Below, in pieces: positions 17,957 through 25,199 of a DNA stretch of 32,000 nt. Each line of letters begins with the position of its first letter. Within the stretch, counting starts at the first letter, position 1. The position numbers and the translations under genes are program-made. The notes under the pieces are model-generated. The model made no database searches, was not told the DNA's origin, and was given only the letters and a program-made list of their open reading frames with translations. Source of the DNA: Geobacter sulfurreducens PCA (lineage in GTDB: Bacteria; Desulfobacterota; Desulfuromonadia; Geobacterales; Geobacteraceae); assembly GCF_000007985.2 (NCBI RefSeq), contig NC_002939.5, forward strand, positions 720,001 to 752,000. The letters run 5' to 3'.

Positions 17957-20218
17957 ATGCGTTGCACGGTATGCCGTTTTCGTTTACGATGCACCGGCAA
18001 TGAGCCGGGCTCAGCAGTTACGGTGCCGGTGCCACGGGAGCGGTCACGTTTGACTGATACGAACTCAGACATACGCATTGCCGGCATCGAGCCGGGTATT
18101 CTCTCCTCGTTCATCATCGAGCTGAATATCCTGAGGCGGGCGGTCTCGGCCTACCCGGAGGGGCATCCGGCCATCCGCTCCGCGGCGGAGAAGGTCGCCG
18201 GCCAGACGGACCTGCTCCTCGCCGGCGAGGGAAGCGCCACCATGGGCATCGCGCGCGACACCATCCTCTTCGGCGGCCACCCCCTGGACCGTCGGAACCT
18301 CGTGTTCCGTGACCTGGCACGGTTTCTCTCCGAGCGGGGGCTCACCCTGCTTACGGTGAAACGGGGCGTCTCCCCGGACGAACTGGTCCGGTTCTGCTCA
18401 CTGCTGGGTCTCCGGCGCGAGGAGATTCGCCAGCGGGGTGGCCTGGGGCGGATGATGACCGAAGCGGCTATCCTGGGGCTTGAGGTGACGGGGCTCGATT
18501 ACGGCCTGTTCCACGTAACCGAGGACGAGCGTGTTACGGCCCCATCGGCCGATCAGGACGATCTTTCACTCTGGGAGCGGTACGTGCGGGGGATGCTCGA
18601 TGGTACCCTGGACCCCTTCGGCACGGTGACCGAGCATCACGGCACTCTGGCGCCGGAGGAGCTGGCCCGGCTCATGAACGGCTGCCTCGCCGGCTCATCG
18701 GAAAACCGGCAGAAAAGTTACGACGCGGTCATCACCGCGTTTCTCCGCACCGTACGGGAGGCCGAGCAACATCCGGTGGGAGACGATAGTCAGACGGCCC
18801 GCCTGGCCGAGCTGGCCGAACTGCTCACCCCCGAGTTACGCCGCCAGTTTCTGGGCAGTACCTTTGCGTCCCTGGCGCGCCATCCTGCCATGGCGGAGCG
18901 GGTTGCCGCAGCCCTGTCCGACGGAGCGGTCATGGAGGCCTTTACGGGGCTGACCGAACGCGGCTCCTCCATCCCTGCCGTTCTGCTCGATCTCTTTCAG
19001 CGTTTCGGTTTGGCCGCCCCCTCCACTGCTGTCGGCCGGGCCCCATCGTCCCATCCCGCCGGGGCGGCGGAGATGGCGCGCCGGTTGGAAACCGTTCTGC
19101 GAGAAGGGGACAGCCGGGCCTTCGTTCCCCTGCCCTATGAGGAAGACCTCTCCCGTTTGACGCGAGCCGGGGTTCAACGGGCGGTGGCTCCCGAACTGGA
19201 GTCCCTGCGGCTGGAACTTGAATCGGAAAATGCTGCAGTCAAGGCGGGAGAGGTCATCATGGAAATCATCCGCCTGGAGCCTGACGGAGCCGACCCGTTT
19301 GCGTCGAACCTGGCAGAGCTTGCCGAGTACTACCTCGCCACCGGAGACTTCGGTTCACTGGGGGGACTGTTCCTGCGCATCCACGCCCTGGAAAAGGCCG
19401 GTGCCGGCGCTGCCCTGCGAGAGGCACTCGGCGCTCCGTCTTTCGCGGCTGCATTGATCGACGCGCCCGCCATCTGGGGAAAAGTGCGTTACGACGAGAT
19501 CCGGCAGATTATTTCGCAGCTCGGCTCCCCCTGTGTGACTCCCCTGCTTGACCGGCTGGCGGTGGAGGAGTCCATGACCCTCCGACGCTGGTACATGGAA
19601 TGCCTGATGGGGCTCGGCGACGCCGCCGGCGCTGCCGCCGTCGCCCTCCTGGAGGACGGCCGGTGGTACTTCGTGCGAAACCTCCTGATCCTTCTCCGGC
19701 AACTCGACTACTCGGCCGGCGCGGCACCCGCCAGAAAGCTGCTTGCGCATCCCCACCCCAAGGTACGTCAGGAGGCGGCCCGCACCCTGCTCAGGTTCCG
19801 CGACTCCCAGGCGGAGCAGTGGCTGCTCCGCGGGCTGGACAGCTCTGACCGCGAGACCCTGCTCATGGCGGTGCCGTTGGTGGACGGCAATGCGAGCCGG
19901 CGGGTCCGGGCTCAGTTGATCGAGCTTCTGCGGCGCGGCGGCGCTGCCGCCGATCCAGAGGTCCGCTGCGCCACGGTCCGGGCGCTGGCCGAGACGGGGG
20001 ATCCCGCAGCCCTGCCGGAGCTGACGCGCATTCTGGGCAGCAGGAGCCTGCTGCGCTCCGCGGCCCTCAATCAGGTGAAGCTGGAGGTGATCCGCTCGCT
20101 TCCCCGTTTCCCGGGGCAGGAGCCCCTGCGCCTGCTGCGCGATGCCGCCGCTACTGGTGGCGAAATCGCCGGTGCCGCGCGGGTCGCGCTCAGGCTCGCC
20201 GAAGCGAGGGACCGATGA
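17957..20218 (+). CDS. HEAT-repeat protein with an N-terminal domain paralogous to that of the downstream HD-GYP protein
   Basis: C-terminal HEAT/PBS-lyase-like repeats (HPHPKVRQEAARTLLRF..., DPEVRCATVRALAETGDPAALPEL). The start is uncertain; a TTG at 18050 with an upstream GGAG is an alternative. The stop overlaps the next start (ATGA at 20215-20218). Confidence 0.7.
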   Translation: MRCTVCRFRLRCTGNEPGSAVTVPVPRERSRLTDTNSDIRIAGIEPGILSSFIIELNILRRAVSAYPEGHPAIRSAAEKVAGQTDLLLAGEGSATMGIARDTILFGGHPLDRRNLVFRDLARFLSERGLTLLTVKRGVSPDELVRFCSLLGLRREEIRQRGGLGRMMTEAAILGLEVTGLDYGLFHVTEDERVTAPSADQDDLSLWERYVRGMLDGTLDPFGTVTEHHGTLAPEELARLMNGCLAGSSENRQKSYDAVITAFLRTVREAEQHPVGDDSQTARLAELAELLTPELRRQFLGSTFASLARHPAMAERVAAALSDGAVMEAFTGLTERGSSIPAVLLDLFQRFGLAAPSTAVGRAPSSHPAGAAEMARRLETVLREGDSRAFVPLPYEEDLSRLTRAGVQRAVAPELESLRLELESENAAVKAGEVIMEIIRLEPDGADPFASNLAELAEYYLATGDFGSLGGLFLRIHALEKAGAGAALREALGAPSFAAALIDAPAIWGKVRYDEIRQIISQLGSPCVTPLLDRLAVEESMTLRRWYMECLMGLGDAAGAAAVALLEDGRWYFVRNLLILLRQLDYSAGAAPARKLLAHPHPKVRQEAARTLLRFRDSQAEQWLLRGLDSSDRETLLMAVPLVDGNASRRVRAQLIELLRRGGAAADPEVRCATVRALAETGDPAALPELTRILGSRSLLRSAALNQVKLEVIRSLPRFPGQEPLRLLRDAAATGGEIAGAARVALRLAEARDR

Positions 20219-21330
20219 ACGAAGCGACGCGTCAACGGCTTCTCGGGGCACTCAGGTCGCTGGTCACGGCCATTTCCGGCGCCGCCCTCTACGCGGCCCG
20301 GCATCCCCGCGTCATCCTGCTGCGTTCCGAGGCGTTCACAGAGCTGTCGGCCGCCCTTGAGGCGGACGAGGCCCTGTCGCTGGTGGTCATCGATGGCGAG
20401 ATACTGGTGGAGGGCACGCCGCTTGACGGAGGGCTGTTTCTGCAACGCCTCGCGGGAATGCTCACGTCCCGGGGGATCGGGCACCTCAAGTTCCTGCGCG
20501 GCGTGACGGAAGAGGAGCTGGCGGCCCTGGCATCGATTCTCGCTGGGTCGGGAACGGCGGGTGGCGAGTTCCATTCGTCACCCCACGTGCGGTTCGGCCG
20601 GGTGGAGGTCCGCTATTCCGGGGGCACGGACGGCACCGGACACGCCTCGGGCCTGCCCGCCATGGAGATCGGCCGTTTTATGGAGCTGTACCAAGGGGTC
20701 GCCCGCCACCGGCGCAGCCATGTGACCGGCCTGGCCGATCTGGTGGCGGGCTTCATCACCGCCCTGCGCGAGCAGGCCAGTCCGCTGGCGGCCCTGGCCC
20801 CTTTGCGGGACGTTGACGAATATACATTCACCCACTCGGTGAACGTCTGTGTCCTCAATCTGGCCCAGGCCATGGCCCTGGGCATCGACGGGCCTCTCCT
20901 GCAGGAAATAGGCATTGCCGGCATGCTTCACGACATCGGCAAGATGTTCGTTCCCCCCGAGATACTCACCAAGCCGGGCCAGCTGGATGATGACGAATGG
21001 GCCGTCATGCGCCGCCATCCCCTCATGGGAGCCCGCTGTCTGGCTGAAACCCCCGGCGTGCCGCGGCTCGCAGTGGTTGCCACCTTCGAGCACCATCTAA
21101 AGCACGATCTCTCCGGCTATCCGTCCGTTGCCGCCGGCTGGCGCCAGAGTCTCTGCAGCGAGATGACGACCCTTTCGGACTTTTTCGATGCCCTGCGCAC
21201 CCGGCGCGCCTACCGCGACTCCATGGAACTCCGTCAGATAGCCGGCATCCTGCTGGAGAAGCGGGGCCGGGATTTCCATCCCCTCCTCACCCGCAATTTT
21301 CTGCTGGTCTTGAGCCGGCTTGCCGCCTAA
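20215..21330 (+). CDS. HD-GYP domain cyclic-dinucleotide phosphodiesterase
   Basis: 371 aa. HD motif GMLHDIGK, followed by HHLKHDLSGYP (the HHExxDGxGYP-type signature). A non-catalytic N-terminal domain of about 110 aa. Confidence 0.9.
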   Translation: MNEATRQRLLGALRSLVTAISGAALYAARHPRVILLRSEAFTELSAALEADEALSLVVIDGEILVEGTPLDGGLFLQRLAGMLTSRGIGHLKFLRGVTEEELAALASILAGSGTAGGEFHSSPHVRFGRVEVRYSGGTDGTGHASGLPAMEIGRFMELYQGVARHRRSHVTGLADLVAGFITALREQASPLAALAPLRDVDEYTFTHSVNVCVLNLAQAMALGIDGPLLQEIGIAGMLHDIGKMFVPPEILTKPGQLDDDEWAVMRRHPLMGARCLAETPGVPRLAVVATFEHHLKHDLSGYPSVAAGWRQSLCSEMTTLSDFFDALRTRRAYRDSMELRQIAGILLEKRGRDFHPLLTRNFLLVLSRLAA

Positions 21331-23240
21331 TCCCCCACCTTCAGCAGCGCCATACAGATGTCGTCGCCGGACGGCACTCCCCCCGTGAACATCCGCAGTC
21401 GTGTCAGAATGGCGTCGAGGAGTTCTTCCGGTTCGCGTCCGCTTTCCTCCTCCATGGCCCGGGCGAGCCTGGCCGTGCCGAAGAATTCCCCGTCCGCGCC
21501 GGTCGCCTCGGTGATGCCGTCGGTGTAGAGCAGAAGGATGTCTCCGGCGGCCATGGTGACTTCGTTCTGCTCATACTCCACGAGGGGATTGACGCCGAGG
21601 ATCAGCCCCTCCGCGTCAATCTGGCGGCATTCCCCCCGGCGGCGGCAGACCAGGGGAGGGCTGTGTCCGGCGCTGGCAAAGGCCAGAGTGTGGGTGGCGG
21701 GGGAGTAGGAGGCATAGAAGAGGGTTATGATGAGCTCCGCCCGGGACAGGTCTTCATGGAGCAGTGCATTGAGCGAACCGACGATCTGAGCGGGTGTTCC
21801 CCCCGCGTGGACCAGGGAGCGGATGACGCTCCGCAGTTCGGTCATGATAAGAGCCGCGCCGACGCTGTGGCCGGACACGTCAGCGATGACCAGGTCGAGT
21901 GAGCCGTCCTCCCGGGGGAAGAAATCGTAGTAATCGCCCCCCACGTGGGCGGCCGGCACCCAGCGCCCCGCGCACCGGCAACCCGGCACGGGCGGAGGCG
22001 TCTCCGGCAGCAGCGATCGCTGGATCTGGCGGGCCAGCTGCATGTCGCAGGCGAGCCGGGCATTCTCCAACAGCGCTTCCTGGGCCTGTTTCCGCTCGGC
22101 AATGTCCTGCTTGATGGCAATGAAGCAGCGGATGGCCCCGCGTTCGTCCCGCACCGGCGTGATGGTCTGCTCTTCCGGGTAGAGGGAGCCGTCCCGGCGC
22201 CGGTTGATCATCTCGCCGTGCCAGACCGTACCCGAGCGAATGGTGTGCCACAGATTGCGGTAGAACTCCTTACCGTGCACGCCGGAGTTGAGGATACCGA
22301 TGCCGCGGCCCGCCACCTCGTCCAGCAGGTAGCCGGTCAGGCGGGTGAAGGCGGGGTTGGCCCAGATTATCCTCCCCTCCGGGGCGCAGATGACGATGGC
22401 GTTGGCCGCCGCCTTCAGGGCCACGGTCTGAATCTGGCGGGTCAGTTCTCCTTCCTTGCGCTCGGTGATGTCGGCGATGAGTCCGTCGTAGGCCGTGAGC
22501 CGGCCCGTGTCGTCCCAGGTTGGGACGATGGTATTGCGCACCCAGCGGGTTTCACCGTCCTTGCGGACGATCCGGTGCTCGAGGGTCACCACCCCCTTCT
22601 TTGCCTCCAGCCGGGCGATGCTGGCCAGCACCCGGTCCCGGTCTTCGCCGTGGATCATCTCGTACCAGAGGGTGGGGCGGGTATTGTATTCGTCGCTCGT
22701 GTAGCCGGTCACGGGCAGGCACCCCTGGCCGTGGGAGGTGCGGATCACGTGCCCTTCCGCCAATTCCACGGTGTAGGTGTAGTTGGACACGGCGGCCACC
22801 AGCCGCCGGTACCGTTCCTCGCTCCGGGCCAGGGCCTGTTCGGCCTCCCGGCGCTTGCGGCGCACTTCCGCCTCCTGCAGTTCGCGGGCGATGGCAGGCA
22901 CCAGCCGGGAGGTGCTTCCCTTGATGAGGTAGTCGTTGGCGCCCGCCTTCATGGCGGCCACCGCCGTTTCCTCGCCGATTTTGCCCGACACCACGATGAA
23001 CGGCAGATCCTCCTCCCGCTCCCGCCAGAGCCGCAGCGCGTCCATGCCGCTGAAGCGGGGGAGGACGTAGTCCGAGAGGGCCAGATCCCAGTCCCGCGCC
23101 GCCATGGCCGCAACCATCTCGGCGGCGGTCTCCACCCGCACATGATCAGGCTCGTATCCCCCCTTGCGGAGTTCCCGCAGCACCAACAGCATGTCGTCTT
23201 CGGAGTCTTCGATGATCAGAACGCGGAGTGGAATGCCCAT
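21327..23240 (-). CDS. Response regulator with REC, two PAS domains and a PP2C/SpoIIE phosphatase domain
   Basis: 637 aa from the ATG at 23240, with an AGGAGG RBS 7 nt upstream. REC motifs LIIEDSEDD...LALSDYVLP...; PAS/PAC modules; SpoIIE motifs GGDYYDFF, VIADVSGHS, LLLYTDGITEA. Confidence 0.9.
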   Translation of the reverse strand: MGIPLRVLIIEDSEDDMLLVLRELRKGGYEPDHVRVETAAEMVAAMAARDWDLALSDYVLPRFSGMDALRLWREREEDLPFIVVSGKIGEETAVAAMKAGANDYLIKGSTSRLVPAIARELQEAEVRRKRREAEQALARSEERYRRLVAAVSNYTYTVELAEGHVIRTSHGQGCLPVTGYTSDEYNTRPTLWYEMIHGEDRDRVLASIARLEAKKGVVTLEHRIVRKDGETRWVRNTIVPTWDDTGRLTAYDGLIADITERKEGELTRQIQTVALKAAANAIVICAPEGRIIWANPAFTRLTGYLLDEVAGRGIGILNSGVHGKEFYRNLWHTIRSGTVWHGEMINRRRDGSLYPEEQTITPVRDERGAIRCFIAIKQDIAERKQAQEALLENARLACDMQLARQIQRSLLPETPPPVPGCRCAGRWVPAAHVGGDYYDFFPREDGSLDLVIADVSGHSVGAALIMTELRSVIRSLVHAGGTPAQIVGSLNALLHEDLSRAELIITLFYASYSPATHTLAFASAGHSPPLVCRRRGECRQIDAEGLILGVNPLVEYEQNEVTMAAGDILLLYTDGITEATGADGEFFGTARLARAMEEESGREPEELLDAILTRLRMFTGGVPSGDDICMALLKVGD

Positions 23241-23434
23241 GGCGTGCCTCCTGGTGCCCTGTCCCGGAGATAACGTCCCGGTTTCATAGTGTACTACGGG
23301 TTGCAGGTGGGGCAAGAAGGAGGCGTCGACGGGCGAAAAAAATCAGTGCCTCCACAAATGCGTTCAAGAAAATTTCCGTTATGCCGAAAAGAGTTACATG
23401 AGTTGAGACTATGTTATTGGCACTGGAGAACATC

Positions 23435-24718
23435 ATGAAATCATTGCAGGCGGGGTGTGTATCTGCGGTACTGGCGGCCATCTGTATTGCGACGCCGGCC
23501 GGGGCCTTCCATTCGGGCGGTGCGGCCCAGTGCGAGGGGTGCCACACCATGCACAATACAAGCGAAGGCGCCGCCATGACCGGGTCGAGCGCCCGCTTTC
23601 AGAGCGGCCCGTTTCTTCTCAGAGGATCGGACCAGAGCTCAGCCTGCCTCAACTGCCATCAGCAGGCCGGAGACACCGGTCCCACCTCGTATCATGTTTC
23701 CACTGCCGAAAATGACATGCCCGTGGGGTCGCCGCCGTTGCAGCTCACCCCCGGCGGCGATTTCGGCTGGCTGAAAAAATCCTATTCCTGGGCTCCCGCG
23801 CCGGGCTCAGCCTCGGTGGAGATTCGCGGCGAACAGCATGGTCACAACATTGTCGCCGCCGACTTTAACTATGTGGCAGACACCACAAATATCAACGCTC
23901 CGGGAAGCTCCACTCCCTATCCGTCCGACAGCCTCCACTGTTCCAGCTGCCACGATCCGCACGGCGCGTACCGCATTGTGGAGAACGGGGTTCAGGCCAC
24001 GAGCGGCAAGCCGATCAGGGGGGCCGGCTCCTACGGCTCCCTCCCCGACGCAGGTTCCGCCGTGGGTACGTATCGACTCCTGGCGGGGGTCGGCTACAAA
24101 CCCAAGTCCCTGGCCGGCGGCCCGGCCTTTACCCACGCAGCGCCTTTTGCGGTGGCGCCCGTCGTCTACAACCGGTCCGAAGAATCCAGCGACACCCGCG
24201 TTTCCTACGGCAAGGGGACTTCTGCCTGGTGCACCAACTGCCATGCCCTCATGCATTCTGCCCCCGGTTCTTCGCTTCACCCGGCCGACAAACAGCTCGG
24301 CGACGTGGCCCAGACCTACAATGCCTACCGCAAGACGGGCAGCCTGGACGGCACTGTGGCTACGGCCTATCTGTCGCTTGTCCCGTTTGAGCTGGGGGAT
24401 GTGACCGACCTGACGGCCCTCAAGGATGCAATCGCCACCACCGCCGGTCCGGCCGCAACGGACAAGGTGTCGTGTCTTTCCTGCCACCGTGCCCACGCCT
24501 CCGGCTTCAGCCATATGACGCGGTTCGCCATCGACTCCAACCACATTACCGTGGCCGATGCCTCCGGCAATGCCATCTGGCCCGATCCGGTCATGAACCC
24601 CTCCCAGGCCCAGGGCCGGACCGTGGCCGAGACCCGGCAGGCATACTACGGGAGGCATCCGCAGGCGTTTTCTCCCTACCAGCGCGTGCTCTGCAACAAG
24701 TGCCACGCCAGGGACTGA
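23435..24718 (+). CDS. omcJ: OmcS-family hexahaem c-type cytochrome (OmcS paralogue, probably OmcJ)
   Basis: 427 aa from the ATG at 23435, with a GGAG RBS 6 nt upstream. Signal peptide ...ATPAGA|FHSGG. Six CXXCH motifs (CEGCH, CLNCH, CSSCH, CTNCH, CLSCH, CNKCH). It is collinear with OmcS as I remember it (FHSGG..CEGCHTMHN, CLNCHQ.AGDTGP.SYH.ST, TPGGDFGW.KK, GHNIVA.D.NYVADTT, LHCSSCHDPHG, CLSCHRAHASGF, PYQR.LCNKCHA.D). The gene symbol rests on my recollection of the G. sulfurreducens locus. Confidence 0.9.
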   Translation: MKSLQAGCVSAVLAAICIATPAGAFHSGGAAQCEGCHTMHNTSEGAAMTGSSARFQSGPFLLRGSDQSSACLNCHQQAGDTGPTSYHVSTAENDMPVGSPPLQLTPGGDFGWLKKSYSWAPAPGSASVEIRGEQHGHNIVAADFNYVADTTNINAPGSSTPYPSDSLHCSSCHDPHGAYRIVENGVQATSGKPIRGAGSYGSLPDAGSAVGTYRLLAGVGYKPKSLAGGPAFTHAAPFAVAPVVYNRSEESSDTRVSYGKGTSAWCTNCHALMHSAPGSSLHPADKQLGDVAQTYNAYRKTGSLDGTVATAYLSLVPFELGDVTDLTALKDAIATTAGPAATDKVSCLSCHRAHASGFSHMTRFAIDSNHITVADASGNAIWPDPVMNPSQAQGRTVAETRQAYYGRHPQAFSPYQRVLCNKCHARD

Positions 24719-24767
24719 TATCGAGTGTCCGCACCACTCTGAGAAAAGCGAAAACAGTGGCTTGAAA

Positions 24768-24797
24768 GGGCCGGCCAGCAATGGTCGGCCCTTTTTT
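24768..24797 (+). terminator. Rho-independent terminator after the OmcS-family gene
   Basis: GC-rich stem gggccggcc / ggtcggccc (one G-U pair), a 6-nt loop, then TTTTTT (24792-24797), about 50 nt after the stop codon. Confidence 0.8.
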
Positions 24798-25199
24798 GCC
24801 GCTGATGCACGTCCGGAAGTGCTCGCCCCCCCTCGCTCAACCACCTTCCCGAAACCTCCGCTCCTTCGTACCCGCTGAAAACACAAGGAAATAAACAAAA
24901 GCAGTGCAATTAAGGGGAGATGGATATTAAACTGCATCACCTGCGGTTACTTTGTATTTATTAAATTTTTGTCACATATTGGTATTCAATTTGCTGCTTT
25001 ATGAATAGCTTTGATGGGTACGTGGGGTGTTGGCAATGGGTGCATAGTGAAACTGATTGATTTCATTGTGAACTGTTGTTTTCGGAAGGCTGTTGCCAAT
25101 CGGTATTATGTCGTGATTTTGACTTTTGGTGCGTCGAGTGTCGGTTATTTAACGTAATACTCACATGGTATCACTGTGGTTGTGGGTAGTGAGGTTACT
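24798..25199 (+). promoter_or_regulatory. AT-rich promoter/leader region of the giant cytochrome gene
   Basis: A non-coding gap of about 400 bp. By my count 24941-25000 is 17/60 G+C, in a window that is otherwise GC-rich. It contains a spaced repeat TGTTGGCAATGG (25028-25039) / TGTTGCCAATCGG (25091-25103). A GAGG RBS at 25191-25194 precedes the GTG at 25200. Confidence 0.5.

Noticed and set aside
21945-23273. 442-aa ORF on the + strand
   Set aside because: Antisense to the REC-PAS-PP2C gene; a high-GC artefact.
23241-23434. Searched for a GEMM-I (c-di-GMP/cGAMP) riboswitch upstream of the cytochrome genes (also in 24719-25199)
   Set aside because: I could not find the conserved ACGCACAGGGCAAACC / GGACGCAAAGCC-type cores on either strand. 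A covariance-model scan would be needed to exclude it fully.
23807-24940. 377-aa ORF on the - strand
   Set aside because: Antisense to the OmcS-family gene, and it runs through that gene's terminator.
24920-24964. 14-codon mini-ORF (MDIKLHHLRLLCIY) after an AAGGGGAG sequence
   Set aside because: The purine-rich element directly abuts the ATG, leaving no spacer for a functional RBS. There is no other support.
25031-25045. Sigma-54-like TGGCAATGGGTGCAT
   Set aside because: The GG-to-GC spacing is 10 rather than the 12 positions of the TGGCAC-N5-TTGC consensus.
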